DNA of 63,820 bases, the filler included, from Octopus bimaculoides (lineage: Eukaryota), in the NCBI RefSeq assembly GCF_001194135.2. It is 5 parts of 5 records of this genome, joined end to end, with 100 filler letters (N's around TTAATTAATTAA, not from the genome) between each part and the next. Parts side by side here need not be neighbours in the genome. Positions count along the whole stretch, not along the records: positions 52,944 to 61,286 come from NC_068997.1; positions 61,387 to 63,820 come from NW_026297860.1; 3 more parts are not named here. One strand, given 5' to 3'. This document shows, in pieces, positions 52,944-63,820 of the stretch; position 1 is the stretch's first letter, and the number at the start of each line of letters is the position of its first letter. The translations under genes were made by a program, and so were the position numbers. Below the pieces are notes generated by a model. The model did not search any database, had not been told where the DNA came from, and saw only the letters and a list, made by a program, of their open reading frames with translations.

Positions 52944-53103
52944 TGCTTACGTCCCCGTAACTTAGCGGTTCGGCAAAAAGAGACCGATAGAATGAGTACT
53001 AGGCTTACAAAGAATAAGTCCTGGGGTCGATTTTCTCGACTAAAGGCGGTGCTCCAGCATGGCCGCAGTCAAATGACTGAAACAAGTAAAAGAGTGAAAG
53101 AGT
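52944..53103 (+). mobile_element. SINE B 3' half
   Basis: ttacgtccccgtaacttagcggttcggc..ggcggtgctccagcatggccgcagtcaaatgactgaaacaagtaaaagag. Confidence 0.9.
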
Positions 53104-53108
53104 AATCC

Positions 53109-53211
53109 AAAGTTGACCACGGAGCACTTGAATTCAGATCGTGAAACGGGAAGAAATACAGCTCAGCATTTTGTCCGTTCTGGTTACGGTTCTGTGTGCT
53201 CGCCGCCTTCC
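53109..53211 (-). mobile_element. SINE A head
   Basis: Reverse complement: aaggcggcgagc..cagaaccgtaacc..ggacaaaatgctgagc..ctgaattcaag..gtcaactttg. Confidence 0.65.
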
Positions 53212-53922
53212 ACTAACGATTTTGCCAGCTCTAAATCATAGCAAAAACCGATGCATGTATCTGGCAGTCCTTGCGTGATTGATTACAGAAAACATATGCG
53301 AAGAATATGCAAGAAACATGGCTGAAGAAGAAATGTATCGAAATAGCAGAAGGAATTAATACTGGGTACAAAGAAAAATTGTCTGACAATAGTTTGAGAA
53401 TTGTTTAAGCATGGATTAACAATCGGTGAATGGAGTAGAGAGAAATTACTTCAGAATAGTTTAACAATCTATTTAACAATTGCTTGGGAATTATTTCAGA
53501 ATAGATCGACAGGCGGTTACGGTTTGTATTACTACTGACAGGTTTTACAATAAAAACGACAAAAGTTGCCGTCGCAGACATTGCAGAAATAGCAAAATTA
53601 GGAAATCATGTGAAAAATTTGAAATACATGAATGCCAAACTATATAAGTAAATGAATAGTTCAATATAATACATAATGATTAAATCATTTTTGTGCTATT
53701 GTAATCTTAACACAAACAAAGATAAAAGCCTGGATTACAAATCCGTAAAGTCCTGTGTTTCCACACATATCTGGATATGCACGTATATGCGAGAAATCTA
53801 CATGGGGTGAGGCGCATGGGCTTCAAACATGTCTCATGTGACAGAATAAACTGGTTGTGTATGCTGAATGAATTGAATTGAATTCAGATCGGAGCGCAGG
53901 CTTGCAGGTTTTCAATATTAAA

Positions 53923-54046
<124 letters not shown>

Positions 54047-54094
54047 ACACACACAAACATACATACACACACACATACACACACACACAAATAG

Positions 54095-54125
<31 letters not shown>

Positions 54126-54136
54126 GATAGATAGAT

Positions 54137-54290
54137 AGGCGCAGAAGTTTGCTTTCCATTAGCATGGTTCTGGTTTCAGTCCCACTGCGTGGCACCTTAG
54201 GAAAATGCCTTCTACTATAGCCTCGATCATACCAAAGACTTGTGAGTAGATTTGGTAGATTGAAACTGAAGTAAGCCCGTCGTATATTTA
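54137..54290 (+). mobile_element. SINE B 5' half
   Basis: aggcgcag..ggtttcagtcccactgcgtggcacc..ctactatagcctc..aagcccgtcgtata. Confidence 0.8.
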
Positions 54291-54296
54291 CACACA

Positions 54297-54327
<31 letters not shown>

Positions 54328-54831
54328 CCATATATATATATATATATATATATAATACAAAATGGGACAAGAACGCAAAACATCCAGACAGTTAGATGAT
54401 ACAAGAAAGGGACAACAAAACATCCAGATAGACGATACAAAGAAAACAAGGACAGGTCATTCGGAGTTTTCTTTCCTCAGTCGAGATCCAATTTATCTTT
54501 GCAATTTCGACTGGTTATTCTCGATATTGCTCCAACCAGGCCAGCCCGAAGGAAAGACTAAGCTAAGAGCATTAGATTCATTGGAAGAAAGCAGCGAATG
54601 TATACAAAAACAAGGACGGAAAGAATAAATAGAATCAAAAGGAAGAGGAAGTAGGATTCGACAGCTGTTTAATGACCACTACATATGTTTCGATACAACA
54701 TAGATCTGGGAATTGAAAGGATCAACGAGCTCTGTTTTTTACTCTAATACGTTTTTAACGGAATACACCTCAAATATATAAATATGTGTATGCATGTGTG
54801 TGTGTGTGTGTGTATGTGTGTGTGTGTGCGT

Positions 54832-56119
54832 GTGTGTGTGAAAAGTAAGTAGGCATTAAAAATTGGTAATATAATCCATATTCCTTTTACAAATTTATTG
54901 AAACAAATGATACATGTTCTTTACTACATGGGAAATTGAAAGTAAATCATCATATTTGAACGTAAGCACTAGTGGCTTCAACGAGTTTCCACGAACGGTC
55001 AGAGATGAAACAGGCAATCTTTTGAAGGACATCGTCTTGGATATCATTCAGAACCTCCTGAATCCGTGTCTCTAAGTCCTCCAGCGTGCGAGGTTTTCTC
55101 TTGTACACCTCCACTGTTGTGTAAACCCACAGGTAAAAAAAACCTATGGAGTGAGAAATCTGGACTCCTTGGAGTTCTGGGGTTCTGGACTTCTGCGGTC
55201 TCAGTCTTCAGGTTTTAGCTCCTGCATGTAATGGGGTTCCCACGGACGAAAAATCAATTCTTTATGCAACACCGTACGTATTGTGTGTGGAGGCGCAATG
55301 GCCCAGTGGTTAGGGCAGCGGACTCGCGGTCGTAGGATCGCGGTTTCGATTCTCAGACCGGGCGTGGTGAGTGTTTATTGAGCGAAAACACCTAAAGCTC
55401 CACGAGGCTCCGGCAGGGGATGGTGGCGAACCCTGCTGTACTCTTTCACCACAACTTTCTCTTACTCTTACTTCCTGTTTCTGCTGTGCCTGTAATATCC
55501 CCGAGAACTGTGTCACGCTGAATATCCCCGAGAACTATGTTAAGGGTACACGTGTCTGTGGAGTGCTCAGCCACTCGCACGTTAATTTCACGAGCAGGCT
55601 GTTCCGTTGATCGGATCAACTGGAACCCTTGACGTCGTAAGCGACGGAGTGCCAACAACGTATTGTGTGTCTTGTTAGTCCACTTTCACGAGCTGCTTGA
55701 CCTGTTGATTTTTGCGAGCTGCGATTAAGCATTTCCTGCACTGTTGCCACGTTTTCCGCTGCTAGGAATGTGGATGGACGGCCACATCAGCTTGCATCTT
55801 TCACAGAGCCCGTGATCATCAACTTTGCATGACAACTTTTTATTGTCTCCGGACGTAGTGTTACATGCTTACCTTTCCATGCACGCCACCATCTCAGAAC
55901 CAAAACAATGAAATTCCACACTTCATAGCATGCTGCAGTCTTAGCTCCCTCCTGAACAGTCAAGTGGCCGGCCATCTGGAAAATAAGAAATAAGAAATAA
56001 GTCAATAAGAAATCCCCATTAGTGTTGTCTGTTTAAAAATATTTTCGTTATGACTTCAGTGATACAAAAAATTCTACAGGACAATTTCTATTGCCTAGTT
56101 ACTTCCCACCCACCCTCTG
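54832..56119 (-). mobile_element. Tc1/mariner (rosa/DD41D-like) transposon, internally deleted and interrupted by SINE C
   Basis: MAGHLTVQE..GRPST..AARESGLTRH|TIRTVLHKEL..QELKPED, then jumps to PRSPD..VYKRKPRTLEDLETRI; TIRs gtg(g/a)(g/a)aagtaa(c/g)taggca.ta.aaattg; TA at 56120-56121. Confidence 0.85.
55289..55657 (+). mobile_element. Full-length tRNA-derived SINE family C
   Basis: ggcgcaatggcccagtggttaggg (A box), ggtttcgattc (B box), (aac)n tail; perfect 13-bp TSD ACGTATTGTGTGT at 55276-55288 and 55658-55670. Confidence 0.92.
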
Positions 56120-56249
56120 TATATGTGTGTGTGTGTGTGTATGTCTGTATCTGTGTATGTGTGTGTGTATGTGTGTGCGTGGGTGTATGTGTGTGTGTAT
56201 GTATGTATGCATGTATGTATGTTTATGTGTGTGTCTTTGTGTCTGCCTT

Positions 56250-56438
56250 TGTCTCCCACCAGCACTTGACAACCAACGCTGGTGTGTTGCCGGTTCGGCT
56301 AAAAAGACCGAATAAGCACCAGGTTTAAAAAGAAAACACGACGTGCTGGGGTCGAATTAGTTCGACTAAAATTCCTCTAGGCGGTGCCCCAGCATGGCCA
56401 CAGTCTAATGACTGACACAAGTAAAAGCATAAAAAATA
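56250..56438 (+). mobile_element. SINE B 3' half
   Basis: cttgacaacc..gctggtgtgtt..gctggggtcgaattagttcgactaaa..ggcggtgccccagcatggccacag. Confidence 0.8.
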
Positions 56439-56605
56439 NNNNNNNNNNNNNNNNNNNNNNNNNNNNNNNNNNNNNNNNNNNNNNNNNNNNNNNNNNNNNN
56501 NNNNNNNNNNNNNNNNNNNNNNNNNNNNNNNNNNNNNNNNNNNNNNNNNNNNNNNNNNNNNNNNNNNNNNNNNNNNNNNNNNNNNNNNNNNNNNNNNNNN
56601 NNNNN

Positions 56606-56638
<33 letters not shown>

Positions 56639-57747
56639 CACACACACACACACAGATATACATATATCTTTATATATGCAAGCGGATCACACGTCTATAT
56701 ACATTTGTACGAACATATGTACATGTCTGTGCATATTGGTTTGTGTGTATGTGTGTGTGTGTGTATGTGTGTGTGTGTGTGTGTGTGTGTTGTTAAATAG
56801 ACCAATGGCATAAATTGTTAATGGTGAATCACTGAGAAGGTTAACCAAACCTAGCAGTAATTCTTAGTAATTTGGACGGAAATGGTTGGATTCATTTCAA
56901 GAAATTACGAATATATTCTTCATTCGATTAACACGCATGGGAAAACGGTAATCTGACCTTTGTTCGGAGGCGAAAGATAGCTATGGATACAATGATTCGG
57001 TCTCACGTTGACATTATCAGAATACCAGAAACAGTCACATATACAAAAGAAGTCTAGTGCATTTTACCCAAGGTTAATTTGCGCAATTAAACCAAGAAGG
57101 AGATAGTAGAAAATAGCTGAGTGACACATTACATAAATTCGGTTGATTTTTTTTTTTAAAGAGAGCTTACTGGGTGTTGTAGACAATAAATTCTTCATTT
57201 ATTGAAAGTTTCCTCTGAGATGGAGTATGGGATAATACCAAAAAGTAAGAAAAGATTCTTGACTGAATTATCGTTGTGTTACAAAGGATAACCTGATCTT
57301 TATTTTAAAAGAAGGCAAGGGATGACCAAGGGCACGATGCTCGGGTCTCAGTTTCACATCATTATCATAATATATTCTGTTACATATATAGAACTAAAGG
57401 ATCTAAGAGAAGATAACTCAAAAGACCCAGCGTCCTGATTTAGATAACAAAATGAAGAATATGACAAATGCTTTATAAAAAGGTGCCATAAAATAGGATT
57501 GAACGGAAAATTATGTGACTGCGAAGCGTTATTTCCGTGTATACGTGTGTGTGTACTTATATATACACATATGCATACATATAGTGTTTGTGCGTTTGGG
57601 CATACAGTATTAACCATGAACCGATATACGTACATACATACGCACACACACATACACACACATACACATGCACACATACACAGACTCATACGCATATATA
57701 TATATCTATATGTGGGTGTGTACACACTCACACATATATAAATATGT

Positions 57748-57796
<49 letters not shown>

Positions 57797-58172
57797 TATA
57801 TATATATATATATACTTGAATGTATACAATTATATACAATGAAACAAATATAGTGACATACACTGAATTATATACACATAGGCATATAGGCCTACAAGCT
57901 GACATACGATGTAAGTGCGTCCGTATATGCATTCATACATTCATATATGCATGCATCTATGCATGCATAAATTCATACATGCATACATACATACATACAT
58001 ATATACATAAACGCATACAGAGATTCACCTAAAAATGCATAGAGACAAACATACACACATATATTCACACACATTCGTAGATTATAACTAAATACATACA
58101 CACACATACATATATATACGTATATATATATGTATTTATATGCACACACATATATATATATTAGACACACAT

Positions 58173-58209
<37 letters not shown>

Positions 58210-58759
58210 NNNNNNNNNNNNNNNNNNNNNNNNNNNNNNNNNNNNNNNNNNNNNNNNNNNNNNNNNNNNNNNNNNNNNNNNNNNNNNNNNNNNNNNNNNN
58301 NNNNNNNNNNNNNNNNNNNNNNNNNNNNNNNNNNNNNNNNNNNNNNNNNNNNNNNNNNNNNNNNNNNNNNNNNNNNNNNNNNNNNNNNNNNNNNNNNNNN
58401 NNNNNNNNNNNNNNNNNNNNNNNNNNNNNNNNNNNNNNNNNNNNNNNNNNNNNNNNNNNNNNNNNNNNNNNNNNNNNNNNNNNNNNNNNNNNNNNNNNNN
58501 NNATTTTAATGTTTTCTTATTTTTCAAATTAAAAAAAAAAAAAAGCATCGAAGTTCGTTCTTTGAAGTTTTAAAAGCTGGCAAGTAAAAGCAAGTTTAGC
58601 AAGAAAGACCTGATACTCGGCAATATTTACAGACACAACTAAGAAAATTTACAAGACCTCCACAGAAGAAATTCTTTACTTTTTCTTCCTCATATCTTTC
58701 TATACACAATTATCGATTTAAAAAATAATTTTCCAGTTTTTTTTTTCTCCATCTTCTCC

Positions 58760-58947
58760 TTCTTTTTCATCTTCTTCTTCTTCTTCTTCTTCTTCTTCTT
58801 CTTNNNNNNNNNNNNNNNNNNNNNNNNNNNNNNNNNNNNNNNNNNNNNNNNNNNNNNNNNNNNNNNNNNNNNNNNAAAATCGGCCAAGGAAAATGCAGCT
58901 TGAGGTAGGACGGTGTAAGCGGGATAGAAAAAAAAAAAATAATAATG

Positions 58948-59010
<63 letters not shown>

Positions 59011-60693
59011 GATTAATACAGAGTTGAGATGCAGAAAGAGAAAGAGGGTGGAAGAGGAGGGGGAGAAACAGTGGGATGGGGTAGAAAACAATGATATAAT
59101 AACAATAATAATGATGATGATGATGATGATGATGATAACAATAATATATCTAGCATTTTAAAATGAAAGTAAATTAATAACAATGACAACAACGGTAACG
59201 AAGGTGACGATGATGATGAAGATGATGATGATGATGAAGTGGAGGAGGAGGAAGAGGGTAGGAGTAAGAGGAGGATAGGATGGTGGTGATGGTGGGAACG
59301 ACGACGAAGATGGTAACAATGATGATGATGATGATTGTAATGGTGAAGTCGAAGGTGACGACGACGACGACGACGATGATGATAATGATGATGATGAGGA
59401 GGAGGAGGAGAAGGAGAAGGAGGGGAGGGNNNNNNNNNNATAATGATGATGGTGATGATGATGGTGATGATAATGATGATGGTGATGATTACGATGATGA
59501 TGATGATGGTAATCATGGTCGTGGTCGTGGTGATGTCGACGACGATAGTTATGATTTTAATATTCATGAAGGTGATGGCGAAGAAGAAGAAGAAGAAGAA
59601 GAAGAAGAAGAAGAAGAAGAAGAAAGAAAAGAGGAGGAAAAAGAGGAGGACGATGTAAAGTAGGATAATGAGGAGGGTGGTGATGATGATAATGATGAGG
59701 ATGATTATGATTATGATCATAACGTTAAACGTTAAATATGGCAGTGATGATGATGATGATGATGGAGAGGAGGAGGAGGAGGGAGAAGAAGAGGACGACG
59801 ACGATGATGACGTTGACGACGATGTTGATGATTCTGATGATGATGATATTCACTAGCTAATAAAAAAAAATGAGAATAGAAAAAGCAGAACGTGGTTGGA
59901 AAGGATGATGGTCACCAAATCATTCACTTGCAGACGATGGTGGTGGTGGTGGCGGCGGTGGTGGTGGTGGCGGCAGCGATGATGGTGACTACGATGATGA
60001 TGATGATGATGATGATAATGATGATGATNNNNNNNNNNNNNNNNNNNNNNNNNNNNNNNNNNNNNNNNNNNNNNNNNNNNNNNNNNNNNNNNNNNNNNNN
60101 NNNNNNNNNNNNNNNNNNNNNNNNNNNNNNNNNNNNNNNNNNNNNNNNNNNNNNNNNNNNNNNNNNNNNNNNNNNNNNNNNNNNNNNNNNNNNNNNNNNN
60201 NNNNNNNNNNNNNNNNNNNNNNNNNNNNNNNNNNNNNNNNNNNNNNNNNNNNNNNNNNNNNNNNNNNNNNNNNNNNNNNNNNNNNNNNNNNNNNNNNNNN
60301 NNNNNNNNNNNNNNNNNNNNNNNNNNNNNNNNNNNNNNNNNNNNNNNNNNNNNNNNNNNNNNNNNNNNNNNNNNNNNNNNNNNNNNNNNNNNNNNNNNNN
60401 NNNNNNNNNNNNNNNNNNNNNNNNNNNNNNNNNNNNNNNNNNNNNNNNNNNNNNNNNNNNNNNNNNNNNNNNNNNNNNNNNNNNNNNNNNNNNNNNNNNN
60501 NNNNNNNNNNNNNNNNNNNNNNNNNNNNNNNNNNNNNNNNNNNNNNNNNNNNNNNNNNNNNNNNNNNNNNNNNNNNNNNNNNNNNNNNNNNNNNNNNNNN
60601 NNNNNNNNNNNNNNNNNNNNNNNNNNNNNNNNNNNNNNNNNNNNNNNNNNNNNNNNNNNNNNNNNNNNNNNNNNNNNATGATGATGATGATGG

Positions 60694-60729
<36 letters not shown>

Positions 60730-61250
60730 GATGGTTAGGAGGAGAAGACGACGATGCGGTGGTGGTGGTGGTGGTGGTGGTGGTGGTGGTTGTGGTGGTG
60801 CTGGTGGCGGTGAGTATTAAGAGGCGTAGCACGACGACGACGACGATGATGATGATGATGGTTAGGAGGAGGCTGAGGCGGATTGGATGAAAGTGCTGGT
60901 GGAGATGTTAATGAAGAATTCTAAAAAATAATTGAAGCAGGAATAGATAAAAATAAAACAACATTGCTATGATAATAATAAAATAATAATATCAATAATA
61001 ACAACAACAACAATAACAACAATAACAATAATATTTTCTTTATTATTTATAACAATAAAATAATAATAACACAATAACACCATAACAAACAAAAAACAAC
61101 CACGTTATCAAAAGTGATTTTGATGATGATCATTATCATCATCGCCATCATCATCATCACCATCATCACCATCACCATCATCATCATCATTATGGTAATC
61201 ACGACAATAGCAACAACAACAATGAGACCAACAAAAACAACAGCTTTAAT
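58760..61250. repeat. Trinucleotide low-complexity field (GAT/GGA/GAA/GGT/AAT) with gaps
   Basis: Directly visible; source of the poly-D/E/M/V ORFs in the track. Confidence 0.9.
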
Positions 61251-61425
61251 GAAAAAATATACATATCAGCATATATATATATATATNNNNNNNNNNNNNN
61301 NNNNNNNNNNNNNNNNNNNNNNNNNNNNNNTTAATTAATTAANNNNNNNNNNNNNNNNNNNNNNNNNNNNNNNNNNNNNNNNNNNNTACCTTTATAAACA
61401 GGGCTAATTCAGCTCTTTCTTTTAG

Positions 61426-61536
61426 ATTGAAAAAGTGATAACCAACCTTGAACGATTTTCGGAACTTATTGGATTCTCTCAGAGGCGTCAATCTGAACTT
61501 GACCAACGCCATAGACGCAAGCAACCAACTTGTTGA
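61426..61536 (+). CDS. Probable terminal coding exon of an unidentified host gene
   Basis: Branch-point-like CTAAT (61404-61408), pyrimidine tract ctctttcttttag|, only phase 0 open: IEKVITNLERFSELIGFSQRRQSELDQRHRRKQPTC*; followed by ~550 bp of repeat-free UTR-like DNA. Confidence 0.55.
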   Translation: MEKVITNLERFSELIGFSQRRQSELDQRHRRKQPTC

Positions 61537-63160
61537 TGTATTCAACAATTACTCTAGCTACAGAAAATTAGGGCTATTAATTTGCTTTCCCTAAGTGTTA
61601 CCCCTTTATTTTAAAAATCAGGGGCCTGTCAACAGGGTTTTTATGTGTGTCTAAGAATGACTGAAACAAATGAAAAGTAAAATGGAGACTTCCAAGCTTC
61701 AGAGACCTTCATTTTCTGGTGGTATTTCTATGTAAAAGGGCTAGCCTTCTGCTTCTGTTTGGTAACCGTTAGGTGTATTTGTTGTGCCCATGTGATCCTA
61801 AACCATTTAGGTTTTAACAATAGTACAAGGTCCTTTCGGTCTGGAAGCACCTGAGATTTTTGCAGATATGATCAGGGAATCAATTTATTTTGCGGGTTTC
61901 TTATTTGTTGCCCAAAGAAAAGTGTGCGCATGCTGTAAGTTCTTTTTTCTGCAGAATTTGTGATGGAAATATTCAAAGCAAATTCTAGGATGAAAGACAT
62001 TTGTTCATGACACTTATTTGAACTTGACAGCATTTTATTTTCCACTTAAATTAATTAACATTAGTTAATATGCAAGTTTCCAACTGATGCGTATACCTTA
62101 ATTAAGTCTCCTGTTTAAGAGAAATAGGTAGAGAAAAAACCCGAATNNNNNNNNNNNNNNNNNNNNNNNNNNNNNNNNNNNNNNNNNNNNNNNNNNNNNN
62201 NNNNNNNNNNNNNNNNNNNNNNNNNNNNNNNNNNNNNNNNNNNNNNNNNNNNNNNNNNNNNNNNNNNNNNNNNNNNNNNNNNNNNNNNNNNNNNNNNNNN
62301 NNNNNNNNNNNNNNNNNNNNNNNNNNNNNNNNNNNNNNNNNNNNNNNNNNNNNNNNNNNNNNNNNNNNNNNNNNNNNNNNNNNNNNNNNNNNNNNNNNNN
62401 NNNNNNNNNNNNNNNNNNNNNNNNNNNNNNNNNNNNNNNNNNNNNNNNNNNNNNNNNNNNNNNNNNNNNNNNNNNNNNNNNNNNNNNNNNNNNNNNNNNN
62501 NNNNNNNNNNNNNNNNNNNNNNNNNNNNNNNNNNNNNNNNNNNNNNNNNNNNNNNNNNNNNNNNNNNNNNNNNNNNNNNNNNNNNNNNNNNNNNNNNNNN
62601 NNNNNNNNNNNNNNNNNNNNNNNNNNNNNNNNNNNNNNNNNNNNNNNNNNNNNNNNNNNNNNNNNNNNNNNNNNNNNNNNNNNNNNNNNNNNNNNNNNNN
62701 NNNNNNNNNNNNNNNNNNNNNNNNNNNNNNNNNNNNNNNNNNNNNNNNNNNNNNNNNNNNNNNNNNNNNNNNNNNNNNNNNNNNNNNNNNNNNNNNNNNN
62801 NNNNNNNNNNNNNTTGTATATAGATTGACAGATATATATGTATATATATATGTATATATCTGTCAATCGGGAGAGAGAGAGAGAGAGAGAGAGGGGGGGG
62901 ATTACAAAGATTTGAAATAGCAAGGCTTTCAATTAAGAGCATGAAGAAAAGGTAAAATAGTAAAACAAACAGATACAGCACTGAAATGGCAACGGAGATT
63001 TAGGCAATAAGTATATACAGGCCGTACGAATACACATACACACGCACACATGCACACACATATATGCAAACACACACTAAAAACTTTGTCAAATATACAA
63101 TAGATTTCAAAATTAAAAAAATTTCTCAATTTAGTTTCTGTTGCAATATGCAACGCTCTT

Positions 63161-63383
63161 AAGGCGGTGAGCTGGCAGAAACGTTAGCACGCCGGGCGAA
63201 ATACTTAGCGGTATTTTGTCTTTATGTTTTGAGTTCAAATTCCACCGAGGTCGACTTTGCCTTTATATCCTTTCGGGGTCGATAAATTAAGTGTCCGTTG
63301 CGTACTAGGGTCGATCTAATCGACTGGCCCTCTCCTCCAAAATTTCGAGCCTCGTGCCTCAAGTAGAAAAGTAGAAAAGAATG
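63161..63383 (+). mobile_element. Full-length SINE A
   Basis: Matches 3641-3857; degenerate TSD tgcaacgctctt / tgcaattctctt. Confidence 0.9.
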
Positions 63384-63689
63384 TGCAATTCTCTTTTCTA
63401 AAACCTCATCACACTAGTAACTATATACTGTATCAAGTTGTCTATTGTCATTATTAATGTCTCTTATTATGTTAATAACACATGTTGACCTGATTTGGAA
63501 TTTTAGAAATATGCGTTACCTATTGTTTATCATTACTTCTGTCAACATATTTTGGAAAACATTCCAGTGCTGTCATTGTAGGCAAGTAGCAGGAATTTAG
63601 CGGGTTCTCTATCAAAAACGAAAAGTTGGTGGCACAGATTACGTACTTGTAATTTGGGCAGATATCCTCTCGAAACTTTATCAAACTTA

Positions 63690-63820
63690 CGCAGGCGTCG
63701 TTGTGTGGTAAGAAGTTTGTTTCCCAAACACATGGTCCCGGGTTCAGCCCCACTGCGTAGCACCTTGGGCAAGTGTCTTCTAACATAGCCTCAGGCCGAC
63801 CAAAACCTTGTGAGCGGATT
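63690..63820 (+). mobile_element. SINE B head and CORE-like domain (runs off window)
   Basis: gtgtggtaagaag..gggttcagccccactgcgtagcaccttgggcaagtgtcttc. Confidence 0.85.

Noticed and set aside
56935-57057. Short frame WENGNLTF..VDIIRIPET as an APE endonuclease remnant
   Set aside because: Only 41 aa with vague similarity; not supportable without a search.
59280-59856. Acidic D/E-rich ORFs as a real protein
   Set aside because: Trinucleotide low complexity; frames switch without splice signals.

Overview
AT-rich eukaryotic (animal) DNA from a gapped assembly, very dense in microsatellites and transposon debris. The SINE families present look like those I recall from Octopus (inference, no database search run). 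There is no CRISPR array, rRNA or intact long gene. Almost all entries in the ORF track are artefacts of microsatellites or N-gaps. Recognisable content: (i) three tRNA-derived SINE families (here A, B, C) in many copies, with nested insertions and TSDs; (ii) decayed non-LTR retrotransposons (L1/Tx1, R4/Dong-type with RLE endonuclease, a CR1/L2-type 3' end whose tail matches SINE B, an RTE-like remnant); (iii) Tc1/mariner elements (two DD34D mariners, three rosa/DD41D-like copies, a pogo-like remnant) and MITEs; (iv) several long inverted-repeat elements. The best finding is an 874-bp element (22372-23245) flanked by an 11-bp TSD. It is built of inverted plus tandem ~549-bp units and carries a complete type I hammerhead ribozyme (22998-23076), as expected of a Penelope-like pLTR or retrozyme. 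A second, minimal hammerhead variant lies at 45736-45772 (-). A probable terminal coding exon of an unidentified + strand host gene is at 61426-61536, with a possible upstream exon at 50651-50779, so much of the window may be intronic.
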